A stretch of 64,000 bases of DNA from Takakia lepidozioides. Taxonomy: Eukaryota > Plantae > Bryophyta. The notes beneath the pieces were generated by a model. It ran no database searches, was not told where the DNA came from, and saw nothing but the letters and a program-made list of their open reading frames with translations. Location: assembly GCA_030704615.1 (NCBI GenBank), contig CM060734.1, positions 46,128,001 to 46,192,000 on the forward strand, written 5' to 3'. A program made the translations under genes and the position numbers. Shown in pieces: positions 13,201 to 28,200 of the stretch (positions within the stretch are counted from its first letter, which is position 1; each line of letters starts with the position of its first letter).

Positions 13201-16200
13201 TCCCTAGGAGCTGCAGGGAGCCCGTGTTGGCATATTCTAAAGAAGGAGAAACCCCTTCTCTCCAACTAAATCCAAAGCACTACCTTACCTGAAGCAAACT
13301 GCTTAGGTCAAACAAACATAGACGAGGGGTCAAAAGGCCAGCACTTGGTCCCAGAGACATTTATCTGCTCCCATGTGAAGTTCACCCATTTAGTAGGCTA
13401 CATAGTGGGCAATGAGAACAGAAATAGAAATGAAATGAAGTGAAAAAGAAAAAACATTTGTAACTTCCACAGCAAGCCCAAAGGCTATAACAACAAGTAG
13501 TCCAATAATAGATCGAAGAGTAGTGCTGAAAAATATCACACATTTGATTGCCGACTCTGGGAGGCTGCATGCGGCTAACAAATGCTTCAGGAAAGGAGAT
13601 GAAACGCTTTCGTAACATCTGGAGAGACCGAATCTGTACAGCCTCACAAAATGCTTCCAGTCAAAAATTTGATGCAGAAGCCAAAACCTGAATTTATATT
13701 TCACATTGACTATGTTACAAAATATCCAGTGCGTCCAAAATTAGGCTTCGCTGTATAATAATGTCTGGTTGCATAAATGGATGCAACAAATTATGATGGA
13801 TGAACGACTAACCTCTCCCAACCGTGAACTTGCACCGTCAAGACCTCCAATGAGGGCGGTGGTCACTGTATACCAAACTTGTGTATCCACAAAATATATC
13901 TGTACGGCCAGTCTCTGGTTAGAACCTTCCTTAACGTCATATACATTTATGTACAGGAACATCCATACATATCCAAGTCCAAGAACATCCTGCGAAGACA
14001 TAGACCAGGTTGTTAAAAAAATTGCTAACTGCAACAACCACTCTCATGAATGTAAAAAGGACAAGTTGATGGAGCGTAGTTCTATACCATGATAACTGGA
14101 GCCCACAATGACAAGAGAGTGAGTGCATGGTGATTACCTGTCAATCAGCCATCACAGAAAACAATGTTCAATCACACGGTAAAAGATTGCACCCAAACAA
14201 TCACACAGACACTCCTGCAATTTTGGCATGAAGGTAGGACTCCATACCTACACTAACAAAAGAGGGAATACTAAAGAATCTGCAGTCCAGCTAATCGTGG
14301 CAAGAAAAATGCCAGTCAATTATTTAACTTCTTGGAGCTTAGCTCTCCAGTGAAAATCGCACCAAATCCATCTGATCACCCATCTCAGGTTTGCCACTGC
14401 AAACTTGGTGTCAAATTGTGACTGAATCTGGTACTTTATTAGCATCCAGGACAGCAATGAAGGCTGCTTGTACCTTCAAGAGAGTTTTCAAGCAAAGTTC
14501 AAGGCAGTAATGACAATGGAGCTGAGACCAACTATCAAGTGCATAGATCATTATGTACGTCAAGAAAGTCAAAGAGGAGAAATACATTAGTCCACATACT
14601 TCCGGAGATGATATCATGCCATTGGTACTGGATGGATTTAATCCCTAAAATGATCCTGGTTGGCTCCACCATAGGCTTGATCTGCACCGACCCACAAATG
14701 TCAGCAAATTAGTCACTCCCCACATCCCACTACAAGATTGTATATGAGATCTTGTCAAGCTCTTCATGAAGTGCTCACATGGGAATCCAGCAAAAGAGTC
14801 TCAGCACTTATGTGCCCAAGATGTCATTCACACTGTTTACATGGTTTAGGTGTCCCAAGATTTCAAGACGTTTATCTTGGTGCTATTGAAGGACTGCAGA
14901 ACTGACCTGGAAAAAATAGCTGAACGTAAACTTGCAACCCAGAATAACCGCCCAAAACAGGGTATACCTGATTCAACCACAGAGATCGTAAAATGAATGA
15001 ATAAATTTCAGATGACTAGGAAGGCACAAGAGTGCCTGGTAGAATCGTAAAACTCGGGCTGGAGTCTGGGTGATTTGGATTAGTGTCTCCTCTGATGTGT
15101 ATGCGTCGTAACATGTCATCACTTACAGTTTTATATTTAAAAACACTCACCCAGAAATGCACTCATTCCTACACCATCTGTCCAAGATAACAAACATGTG
15201 TGCCGATAGAAATCCCCTTTCACTCCCACAGTGCACACCTAACACAATAGTCTCTTTATCCTGTCTAGAAATGACCTTGGAGACTTCTGGCAAACAATGA
15301 CACTAAACTCCACACTCAAGAAAAGAAGGGCCAAGGTTCGAACGAAAGTTCCTAATTAATGGAGCGCATCCTGTACAAGATCAGTCTGCACCTTACTGAT
15401 TGAGGCAAGTCGTTGACATACTTTTTCATGGGTGAAGGAAGAATATTTGAAATGATCTACTTTTACTCTTCGCCAAGGAGCAAAAATGTAAACTAAAAAC
15501 GATTGGGCACGTTATCAACTATGACGAGCGGAAGAACAAAAAAATGAACTTGGCATGCCAACAAACAGCCACATCTAGAAGCCACTGATGAGTGGTGGAA
15601 GCTACAGAAAACAAGCTAAATGCTATGGGTCCTCACACCTCAAACGGCTCCTCTGAGGGCTAAGTAAGAGAAAAAGAAAAATCTACTGCGAACAAACAGC
15701 CACATCTACACGCCAATGGTGGGTGGTGGAAGCTAACTCCAACACTCTTGAGAGCTAAGGGTCCTCCCACCTCAAACAGCTCCTCTGAGGTTTTTCGTTT
15801 TGCCACTCATAAGCGTGGTCAGTCAGATTGGATTCTCCCAATACATAGGGCTGACCCCCGAGAGGGGGCAGTAGCCGCAAGGTGAAGTGGCTATTAGTTA
15901 CACAGTAGGGCCAGCGTCTTCTCTCCCAATACATGCTGACCAATCTCCCAGTACATGCTACTCCATTCAATCCAAACATCAGTTTCATCCCTATAACTAG
16001 CGATTGTCCTCCATGAAGGCGCAGGGAGATTGCTCACCCAAAGTAATCTCGTGTCCTTTCATACATCCCTCGTCCAACATAATAACGCTCCTAAGGACAT
16101 CACATCCAGCAATGTCAGAAAAAAAAAATGAGGTTCAAGAGCATCAAACATGGACCATTGGGAAGGTATCAATGGCCCCCAGCTTGCTCCCTATATCACA

Positions 16201-19200
16201 CTGAACTATGGTGGGCAAAGCAATGAGCCCAACTGGCAACAAAAGAAACAATTATGACTTAGCTTGATTTGGATCCCTAAACCCGTGGTTTACCAACTGT
16301 CACTGCCAGTCCAAGGTCTGAATAATAACTGGCAAATAACAGGGCTGCTACACACTTCACCAGGTCACAGCAAGGTAGACAGATGTTGCATACGGTGCTA
16401 TTTAACAAACAATCTGCCACAGTCGGGCAACTGAACAGGACAGACATCATAAATTAAGAAAACCCCCAACTGGCTGGGATGGAACAAAACCCCAAGGGGA
16501 CAAGCAGGTGAGGGGAAGAGGCAGAACATTGTACACTTGGATCACAGGAGGCACACAATTATAGTGAACACAAAAGAGGCTAGTTCAAAAGTTTTCCGTA
16601 AGTTATACCAGAAAGTGCTTCTAGCAATCCAGAAGTCCTCCAGAATTTCGGAGCATATGTGGGACTGCTTCTGGATCATCTGCCAGATCCTAGTTGTTTT
16701 CAAGCTTTACTCTTTACAAGCGTCCATGGAATTCAAATAGAATCCACATCAAAGGATCTCAGTAATCCTCTTGAGGCTCTTTGACCAAGAGCCAAGTGGT
16801 GCAGCAGAGCCTTGATGATGAATGCTCAAAGGCCAGCACATCCAACAGTATCACCTTCTTCCCAGCTAGATAACAGTGGGGCTTATAATTAAATTCAGTG
16901 TGCAGCCTACAAGAGGCCCCGATTTTGGCCTACTTCCCTTGCCAAGCAATAAATATAATGAAACCTGACTTGTGTTGCTTTGCCAGTCCTTATACAGTAG
17001 ACAGACTGAACTTTGTACAGTGAAGATACAGGAAAAAGAGAAGGAAGAGGAAACGGGACAGAACTGAACTGAGCAAGGAGTGTACCTGATGCAACCATTT
17101 GATAAACTGGATCACGTAAAAGTTTGAACACTTATCAGCTTGCAGCCGAAACCAAGGAATGTGTAGCAGTAATGCAATAAAGAGTTGTGTGATAGCATAA
17201 GACGCCAAAAACACATAGAAGATCTTGAACCAGGTACTTGAACCTGGACGATGATTCTCCTCCTGTATCATCTTTCTGCCACACAAAAGCTCAAAACCTA
17301 CGACAAGGACATTGTAGAGCCCAGCTGGCTCTATCTGCTGGACTTCATAGTGCCAAGAGCACATTACAATCAAGCTGCAAATCAATGAACAAAGTTTTAT
17401 CCTACAGCACCGAGCAATCGAACTAGCTTAGTGCCCAAAACTATTAACACGTGGCTACTGGAGGGCCAGAACACTCTTGATAACAAACGGAAGACTACAG
17501 TATTCTTTACAAACTGGACTTCCACAAAGGCCCAAGAAACTCACATGTAGAGGAATACAATGGCAACCGATAGGAAAGTGAACCAAACGAAGCGAAGAAG
17601 CATTCTTGCCACATTTCGGGCACGGGTGCTTCTGTACGCCCCAACCATCAACATGACATCGAAAACCGCTGCACACAAAGTCAAATGAACTCAACACTTC
17701 TGAAGGCTATCATCGACAAGCGGGACCTGGAACATGCAACAAAGCTCATGTCTGAGGATCCTCAGGCCACCAACATCATATTTGAAACTCTGAGCATGGT
17801 AACTACTTAAAGAAGGGTAGGCGTCCATTTCAAAGCTAGAACTTCAAGCAACGAAGCTCAGAACAGGGTAAACTCACATTTCAAAAACTTCATGATGACA
17901 AAGGTGGGTCCGACACTCATGATGAACTTGATTGTCCGAATATGCAAATTGCTCCCACAAAATGCAAAGATGGTAAGACCCTGAAAGTATCACACAATTT
18001 GTCTTAGAGCATCCGATTTGGAAAGTATAAGCCACCAGGTCTGTATACCTCCCATATCCAACCCTGTCTCAGACACTCACAAATCTGACCACATCTTGCT
18101 GCCCATCCCAGAGCAATTGCAGATACCACAAAACATCAGTAGAAATCAAGAGAAAATGGCCAAAGAAAATGATGTTGGCACTAAAATCCAGCTCCAAAGC
18201 TCTTCCCCACTTTCTTCCACTTCTTAATGACCATGCTGAAGCACAGAAGTCATCCCTCATGAAGGAGTAATTTGAACAAGGGGTAGCAAACAGTATCCTT
18301 CGGCCTAAGAACAAACAGCTCACCTGCAGCATACAAAGGAAAAACATCCAGAGACGGTGAAAGCTATGGTAGAGATGAAAGGCAGTCCGATGCTCCACAA
18401 AATTTGTCTTGCCAGCTTTTTTATCCTTTTTCCGACCAAATTCCACAGGGGGATCCTCCACTGGTTGAAGAGGCACCTGCAAAGAAGAATTTGCAAACCA
18501 TGAAGTGACCAATTAGAATACTGCATATTTCACCAGATCCATAGCAGACAAACCCACAATGATAACGCATTAGCTGTCTCCCTATCTTCATCTGCAAGTC
18601 CATCATTCACTCCAGCACAAGCTGGCAGCAACAGGAATTCTGCAAGCACTGCTTAAGGCCACGGCATACACCAAAACACACATACATATACATATATGTA
18701 TATGTATGGACAACCAAGTTGTAGCCCAGTGGTAATGGCAAATACCACCTCACAAGTGGTTCCGGGTTCAATCCACTGATTGGTGTCACAAAGGTGTCCA
18801 CCTTCTTGCTGGAAGGCAGTAGCCCTTTGGGGTCAAGAGACACCATAATTTACACTTCCTTCGGAGGTGTCATATATATATATGCATGTATAAAAGATGG
18901 TGGTAGCAACAAGCTTAAGCATCAGTGAACTTTATAGAACTGCCCTGACCACAGGCAATATTCACACTAAACTCTGAAGTGATGTTGCTCTTTGCAATGA
19001 AAAAAAGAAAGATTACAGCAAAGCAAAAAGGAGCTAGCACGGAAAGCCCAGGGGGGGCAGGGGTGGGCTGTGCTGGTAAACCAGCTGCTTGAAAAAGAAT
19101 TTTGAAAAGCATAGCCAGGACAGACCCACACTAACAAAGGATTCGGATAGCTGGAATATTACATATCTGACACCCTCAGTCTTGCGCCACCATCTCTTTG

Positions 19201-22200
19201 GCTTCATAAAAAAGCCAGCTTCCCGATGCCATGGCCATCCCAGCTCAAAGCATGAAGGTGCCCTGCACAGACAACATAAGAATCATTCAGATAACACTTC
19301 AAATGAGAACCTCAATACCATTGAACACTACACAGATGTATGGCAACAGACCCATACAAACCCAAACAGAATACTTTCACTTCCCCTCTCTGACAACAAC
19401 TAAATGGCTCACATTAACTGCGCTCTTCCTTCATGATTCCACAATTGAAGTTCAGACTCCATAGTGGTTCCACACTGACTATCTGATGAATAGAAGACAG
19501 CTAGGTAGAAACAAAATTTTAATTCTGTCAATACTGTTCCGCTGGAAACTCCCATAATATAGGCAGAGAAAGCTAGCAGACATGAAACCACACCAGGTAA
19601 CCAGACAACAAGGACTCCACAGTAGATACATTTCCGATGGCAGAATGTTCTGCCACCATTCCAACCGCACAAGTAAACGTGAAATGAAACTAGGTTGCAC
19701 CAGAAAAATTCATTGAAGTCATCGTAGTTCCGCCAAGATGAATGTGCAGCGATACCATTCCCACTTGATTTAGCCTCCTGCATGCAGAAAAATCAAAAGA
19801 ACAACTGTTACCTCTCAAATGCAAGATGTAGGCACTGCACAAGAGGCTTCTACAGAAAGCATTTCCATTGAGAACCCTTTTGCCTGGAAGACATACTCCC
19901 TAGCCTTCAAGGGCTGTGTAGAGCCGTAGAAACTGAGGTCAAAAGAGGACGAACAGGCCTCTGGAGCAGAAAGTACACTTGAAACAGGCCTACAGAATAC
20001 TTCAATCAACAGGTCCTTGTCTCACACTGTGTGAAGAGGGACAACATTCTTGAGAAAAAGAGCAAGAAAGAATAAGCGAAGGGGCAGCAGTTCTTGGATT
20101 GCCAAATGAAATGGTCCCTTTCTGGTTGATCGCATTTCTTTTCCAGTTGTCCGTGGTGCTTCGGAGATTGCTTGTGCTGAAGTAGTTGTGAAGCTTAACC
20201 TTATTCATGTCAAGGACTTCTGTTTTCAGCCTTTGGAAACCAATGCCTCTATTGTTGCCTTTGTTGTGAGACCAGATTGAAAAGGGTTAATGATGACGTT
20301 TCATTTGGGGGTCATGCCATTCTACATTCAGAGTTTTCTCTCAAAAAGGGAAGTAGCCTACTGAAAAGATGGCTATTAGGCGCTGCTGGGGTATCCCTCC
20401 TGGTCGTAAGCTCTGAAGCTAGAGCAATTTTCCCCTCACAAAAAGCGACAAGACAGACATGTTATGCTTGACTTGGACACTAGTATAAACAACTTTGCAC
20501 AGCGAAGTTTGTTACAACACAGCACAGGTAGCATAAAACTTAAACATTTGACTAAAGACCATGACACAATGATGTCCTAAGTAACTAGAAGTTGGAGTTC
20601 ACCGCAGCAACAATCTCATAGACGGGGCTGATAATCTGCTCCAGGAAAGAGCACTCAGATCCACCAACAACTGTTCTTGACAGTTCCACCTCAGGCCTCT
20701 CCAACAAATCATACAGTTCATCTGCCATCTGCCCAAGTGACAGAAAACTTGTGACATCTCTGCTTACACATACAGCTTGTACATAAGCATTCTTTGCCTG
20801 TCCAAAAGAGAGCCTTTATGAAGTAATGCAAAGGAGGAATTCTTTCATTGCCAGTCTCCAGGGACAAATAGGTGAGCTCAAACCTGAAGACGATGACAAA
20901 CTCTCTCAAACCATCTAAGACGAATGTTATTTTGTCAGATATAGTGACAGTTTGTTCATGCCATACAACAAAAATAACCCTTACTATACTGATGTACCCA
21001 CCTGTGCAGCCAGTGGATACATCTGCCACCTAAGATGGCCCCCGCAGTCCAAAAAGCACAAAGAAGCAGAAACTATTTGATAAACAACAACATTTCCACT
21101 CCTTCCTGGTCTTTCATTGGAATAGGCAATTGAGATGGTGACACAAAAAAAATGCAAGCAGTATGAGTGTGTGAATAAAAATGACGCATCCATGCACTGC
21201 CATTTCTCTTACTTGCCGTTAAGAAGGGTGATTTTAAGGCATCAAATCAGAGTTCACGACGGTCTGTGTTTAGAACTGCTAGCTATTTCTCCCCAACTCG
21301 TCATATGTCTCACATCAACAGATGTGAATAAAAGACTCACGTGATGAAAGATGTAACAAAGGCACTCAGGCATGAACCGAACGTTTGCTGCCTCCCCCCA
21401 GATTAGCAAATACAGAGCTGTCAAGAAGAGCCTCTTTTGTGATGTGAATGCACTGCAGCATCCACGCATAACAGGTCACCTGAAAGTCAGGCACAATAGC
21501 AGCAAGTAAACCATTTCCTTGCATTAACTATGTGCAATTTAAAAACAGTCCAAAATAGATATTGCGCACAGTCTGCAGCAGTTGGGAAAAAACGGAGACG
21601 ATATTACCAATTGGTTCTCCTTGAATAACTGGTAGCATCAGTCCTCACATTCAAATATAAGGCCATTATCTGATGGTTGTGAGGTTTGTAGTGCTATAAG
21701 ACTGTCAACTGCCGCACACTCTGTAGCTGGTTGATGAAAGAGACAACATTCAACTGTCAAGAGAACATAACCTCACCGCGTTGACATAGACTCCTTTCTT
21801 ATGTAATGGCACCACTGGTTGTAGTTGCTGAGGAGGCGATTATGGACATCAGAGATGGCAGCATCATCCAGCTGTAAAGATAACAACAGCTTCATCAGGC
21901 TGCGACAATGGTTCCTTCCATACAATCTTGTTTGCCAGTATGAAATTTCCAAAGTTCTATACCCCCCCTGAGGACCCTAAGCCTTCAGGGTATAGACAAT
22001 CCTTGACCACGCAGATGGTGACAGGGTTGGAAGTTACTAAACTGTTCTTTGACAGGCAGAAACATATGCCTTTTTGCTATAGTGACAGTGGAAGCAGCCA
22101 TGAAATAAAAACCATTAGTCCTTGCATTTTCGGCGAAAGGGATGATAAATTAGACGATGTAGTTCAAATCAGTCTAAAAGCAATTCCTTCTATTACAGAC

Positions 22201-25200
22201 ATCACTGGACAGCAAGAGCAATTGCCAAACAGAGATGTCGGATTGTTTCCAAAGCAAAACCCTACTTGTAAGCTGGAGAGCATGCGAAGGTCACAGGGGG
22301 AAGGAATTATCTTCCCTGCTTTACCCCCAGCATAGCGAATGACAGGGCTCAATACAGACCAGAGTACACTCAGAAACGAGACTAACAGAGCCTCAAACAA
22401 AATATCCTACTGACAAGTACTCCCAAACATTGAACAACCAAACATTAAATGGCTGTGAAAATCAGGGAAATGTTCACTAGGAAACCACTCACAGAAAAAT
22501 TCATCCATAAAAATGGACTTCTCAATCTAACCCTACCTCCATCTCTAGCAGAATTGATGAGGATCATCCAGTACCCCCATAACAAAGAATTTATACAATG
22601 ATAGATCCATTACATTACAACCTATGCATACTCCACACTTGCATAGCAAGTGGCAAACCATTCTGACACTTTGAGCCTGCAGCTGTTGGTTATGGGGGAT
22701 CAACTGACATCGGTAGCCATATATGTTTGGGTTCACCAAATTTTAATGGCCTTATCCCTCAAATCCCTTACCTATCCACTTTGCATACTTCCACAAGATA
22801 GTTGGATGGTCAAAATCCACATGTGTATTTTACGGCAGATAATCACTTGACAAATTTTATCAGCCTTCAGAGCTCTGGGCCATGCGATCCAATTGGAGCG
22901 AGCGGCATATTTACAACTCACCAAAAACTTCACGCATCAGGTTTCTTAATACATCAGCTTCTGGAGAGAAGAACCAAAGGCTACGAATTACACCTTGTTG
23001 TGCTCGGTTTCAGCAAGGACACCAAATCGTGACTGCGAATTGGCCAGTAATAGAATGAGATGCTCCCGCTGATTTGCAACATTGTCATTCTGTAGCCATA
23101 CAACCATCTCACGGATTATGATCACTACTGAAGCTGAAGAGCATCTACATTCTGTCGTTGACAAGTTTCGGGACCAAATACTTGCTTTGTTCAAAACATT
23201 TCTACTCAATCCCAATGCAAACTCAACCACCTACCTCCGACAGAAATGAAATGAAATGAGAAGGGTTTTTACACTGGTAAGAAAAATACCTGAAAACCAA
23301 AAGTATGGTGTAAGAAATCAAAAAGATCTAAAGCCCTTTCCTCAGGTACCATATAGTCGTCTGGGAACTTTGGCAAGTCTCCAGTGTACATGAAGGCTCT
23401 GGTAGCACATGCCACCTACTCACAAACACAAATGAGGAAAACCGGTGAATAGATTGTACTCATAAGACGTTGTTTGCCGTAGCCTTGTGGCCATCGACCC
23501 CGCGCCCAGTTTGAGCGGGAACAAAAGGGAATAGAATCCGGTGAATAGAATCCTCCACAGAGGATGTATTAGTCATTGAACACCTAATTACTAGTTAATA
23601 ATCTCTCCTCCCCTGCCAACAAAGGATGGCCAGAATCAACTCATTCAATCGTACAAGTAACTACGACAGCCAACCAACCAGAATGGAAGTGGCCTCAATT
23701 CCACTCTCCTCCCGTCCCCTCCCCCTCCTCTTCGAAGCTCTCTCAACTGGGCATGGGTTCTATGTCATGGCAAACTAAGCTAACGAGTAAACTCCGCAGA
23801 GATGAACAAACAGGTGCCAGAATGCAAAAGAAAAGCCAAGATATAGCACAGAAAGCTATTCCTTGGTGATTTGACAATCTTCACTACCTTTCACAGCTTA
23901 GCCGCTTGCAAATCTCACTTACAATGCTCACACACTGATAGAGGTCTTGTTTTTAGAGCCAGTTTTTGCTGTAGTTTGCCCAAAATGAACATCGGGAATT
24001 TTTTGTTTTGAGAGAAATGCCTACCTCAGGGAATAAAGTGAACGCATTGGCAACCCCAGGAGTCTCTAAGGGCAGAATATTGTATGCCTTAAACTCCCTG
24101 ATTTTCTTGGCATCTTCCTCCATCATCTTCTTCAGCTGCAAGGGACCAGGAACAAAACAGTCAGCTGTTCGGCCGGCAAAGCAAGCATAAGAATGCTCTG
24201 AAAACAGTGAAGCTCGCCATTAAGAACTAAGTCAACAATCTTCCAAAGCCACTAATCCGGGCATTGAAGGGATTAAACGGGTCCCCAGGAAAGCCTCCGT
24301 TGTGATACTTGGAGAGACACGGGCCCAGTCTTGGCAAAAGAAAGTAAACACGTCCTTGAAGTTCTTGGAGTTTGAAACAGAAAGAAATAAGTCTGAGGAT
24401 AATGATGGTAACAGTAAACTTAGTAAGGCCACAAAGAAGATCCACTCAAAAGTGAACATGCTTAAGCCGAGTGAAGCTGCTATCAGACTTTCATTAACTC
24501 TTAATAGAAAGTAGAATGCAGAAGTACTGTCGAGCCCCTCCCACATCAAGTAACCGGTGGGGATCTTAATGGGATCAATTAAGATACATTTCGGTGAGTT
24601 ATACTGCTCCAATTACACTTCTCAGAGTTCCACTGCCCTGACCATGAACAACTTACAATTTTGAGAGTTACATTGCTCTGACTTACACTGCTGACAGTTG
24701 CATTCTATGGGGTTACATATCCGAGGGCTACATACAGTGGGGTTACATAGCATGGGGTGGAAGCAGTGAGGGTTACATAGGATGGGGTGAAATCATAGAA
24801 GATTACATACAGTTGGGTTCCATGAGGTCTGCTTACAAACTATGTGGAGTTCAGCACTCGAGTTACACTGCTGAGGATTACACTGCGTGGGGTTACACTG
24901 CTCAGAGTTACAATGTATGGGGTTACATATACAAGGGCCATATACGGCGGGTTACATACGACGGGGTGACAACAGTGGGGGTTACATCTGGTCGGGTTAC
25001 AACCTGCCTGGAGTTACACTGCTCTGAGTTACACTCCAGAGGGTTACACTGATCAGTATTTGGCTTTCCAGTGTCTCAGGAGAAAAGATGATAGGGCATT
25101 TAGCATTGCTTCTGAAGCCTTTCTCTGTTAACATAGAGGTGCATTTCGCTGTGCTTGCCATCTACGCCTACCTCCCAGTCTCATTAGAGGAAGTTAGGCA

Positions 25201-28200
25201 TAGAGGTTCCCTGAACCTCTGCGACACCATTAGAAGGTGTCCACCTTCTAAGCCAAAGTCAGTAGCCCTTTGGGGTGAAGTGACACCTGGGTCATTACCT
25301 TCAAGAGGTATGCTCAGCTTGTGTGGACATGATGATGGGAAAACATCCAGTTTGGGATGAAGTGATTGTTCTCAAGAACAGATCCTAGGCATCAAAAACA
25401 GAGTTACTAGACTTCTTGGCTCTTTAGCAAAGTCTCAAAAAAACCCCTAATTTTGATTCGAGGTAAAGTCTCAGAAAAACATATCAATCCTCTCATAAAG
25501 GGCTCCCTGGTCAGAACAAACTTCGATATAAATGAATTCCTTCTACCAGCAATGGAAGGACCTCTACTCTGCTACCCAAGGCTCAGAAAACAGACTCTAA
25601 TGAACACATTGTCATATGCAATCTACAAAAGTAGCTACAGAAGCATGTCTGCACCATCACAAAGTCATTTCATGCAACAGGTTTGATCTGTGACCCACAA
25701 AGCATATATCATAAGTATCAACTGGTGGTGCTCATCACATTGACACAGGGAGCTAACACATAACCAGAGAACCACCAGCTGCAGACTGAACCCCATCGGT
25801 GGAGTTGAGCTTGCCCATGTTCCAATAGGTATAGATCCCCAACAGCTGACATATGTTGTGCTCATATGCAAATATTTCCAAAAACTCTCGACATGCTCAC
25901 AACTGTCTCCAATCATAAGCCAGCTAGTGATCTAAACAGTAGATACTGTACTAAACCCAGTGTATCCTCTCTAAAACCCTTCACTAACCACAATTAACTT
26001 CACGTAGAGGATGGAGTGGTTCACACATACTTCATCTTCAGCGGAAAAAGATTTTGATGCACTTACAGGCTTGGAAAGAAGTCTGTCAGCTTCCTCGGGA
26101 TCCGCCTCCCTTGTAAGAGCATCGACCACATCATTCAGAATTCGTGATATCTGATACACTCTTCGCATCTTTTCTGTTCTCTCTTCAAGTCTGCACAACC
26201 CAACAAACCAGTAGATCTTAACCCGAGCTAGTGAATTTACATAAAACACCTACTCAATAGCTGTGATATGTGACCAAGATTATAGCCTTCAGCCAAGAAG
26301 GTACTTGAAGATACTCAGGACCAACTCAGTCAAAGATTAAGACGAAAGTGACCACTCCAATGCAAACATGAACTGGTCCTAATCAACAAAATCCCATGTC
26401 TGAGATAGACAAGGACATACGCGCCAGGTGCCTCGTCAAACACCCGACCCTGCCGCCGATACCGATCTTGCTCCTCAAGCTCATCAATCCTGTGCTTCTC
26501 CCTGTAATATCTGTAGTATTCCTGAACTAGGCTGATGTCTTGGCTTCGATCAATCTTCTCACCCTCCTTTTTCAAACGCTTTTGCTGCCACCCAGAATAG
26601 CCCACTAGATGTCACAGAATGTATCACTCACTCGTTCCTGGTGCTCATAGTAGATGGAATTCAAGATTTTCAGTCTATGTACAGTCTATGTACAGCTATT
26701 CAAGAGATCCAAGTCGTATGGTTACATACCTTGATGACAGAAATCAAACCCGTTTTAAACTGCAAGACACCCCTTCCCGCACTCGTGGGATCCAACTCTT
26801 GTGACAATGAATATGCATATTCACACACTGTCCCATACAGTCCACAATCACAGATCAGCTTCCTCATGGATGTAAGCCTTTCTCCACCTACGTGTGACGG
26901 TAGACCTGTGAATAGAGAAACTCGGTACCTCATATCTACATGCTTAGCCGCAAAATAGCCAATATCAACATTGTCGAATCCTGGGACCTGTTATTGAATC
27001 CTACAATCTCCATCCCAAAAACATTTCCCACAATACCATAGAAGTTTCCCTCAAATGGACTGATTATGATTTACTCGATGGAAGACTTATGCCTAGACGA
27101 TCAGAAATACCTCCTGGGGTCTCTGCATAAAATGTTGTCTATCCCCTGGCCAAAGCCAACAGATACGTTTCCCTTGGTTCCATAATGTCAAGCCTTGGCT
27201 AGCCAAGGAATATTTCAATTTCTTGCCAATAGAGTGGATGTCAGCATGCCCCTAAGATGATCATACACTATAGCTCACCCCTGCCAACAACTCTTTTCAG
27301 CTGTGCAATATAAGGGCCACCTTCTGATCACTTTCTAAGTCTACATTACAATAAGACTTACCAGTGTCGAAATGTCTTTTTCAATGCACAGGCACGGTGT
27401 CTATCCATGATGGATAAACCTTAAGTAAGCAGCTAATCTGACGAACAACCTCATACAAGTTGACTGCCAGAATACGCTTCTCCAACAGGAACTAAAGTCA
27501 GATCACAATGAAGACTTAATTTGGAGAAGGTCATTTAGGTCTCTTGATGTGATTTTCAAGTTTTCTTGAGGGAAGATAACAAATTCCACCCCAGGAAATG
27601 AAACGAAATGGTAATGTATAACATCTGCGAGAAGCTCAAAGAGCTTATGGGACACGAGGAAGTAAGAAAAAAGAAGAGAGAGGGGCCACAAACAGCCCAA
27701 AAGCAACTAAAACTCAAGGAGTTGCCCAAGAGTCAAACGATTCATGCAGGTAAGCTGCTAAGCATTTCTGCTCCTTGTAAACTCCGCCAGAGATTGATTG
27801 TCCCGGGATGGACAGTTAGATATACCACAGATCTCATATTATAAAGGGCAGTGAAAGAAGAGATGTTCTTCACTGTCAATTAATACTAAAGTTAATACTG
27901 AAGACACCGGTGGTAACTGTCAATCACTAGTTACTTCCACTTCCTTGCTTCCTACAATATTCCTTTGTTTACTTGGCTGACAGTATAGGCGGAACTCTAC
28001 ATGCAGTTAAAATCAAACATCCAGTTAGCCGTAGCCTGGCCAAGTAAATTTTCAGCTGACAAGAACCCTAAGACTAGGGCAGTGCCACCTTGCCCAATCA
28101 AACCCTTCCAACAGAAGCAGATCAATCATATGCAGCTGAGGAAAATTACATCCATGTGGACTTTCTTATTCAAGGCAAAGGTTTCTTGTGTCACTTGTTC

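Noticed and set aside
18709-18785. Functional tRNA gene
   Set aside because: A and B boxes are present but the cloverleaf is imperfect, and it is fused to a repeated non-tRNA body, so it is a SINE head.
18793-18844. HDV-like ribozyme (GUCCACCUUCUUGCUGG resembles the HDV P2/P3/L3 region)
   Set aside because: No P1 partner can be formed and the putative L3 is not conserved in other copies, which instead keep the CCUUY/GAAGG stem.
24700-25030. Interstitial telomere, or a pentapeptide-repeat protein (ORF 24813-25052)
   Set aside because: The core GGGTTAC is not the plant TTTAGGG repeat and is spaced at 15 bp. The ORF is a by-product of the repeat, antisense within an intron.
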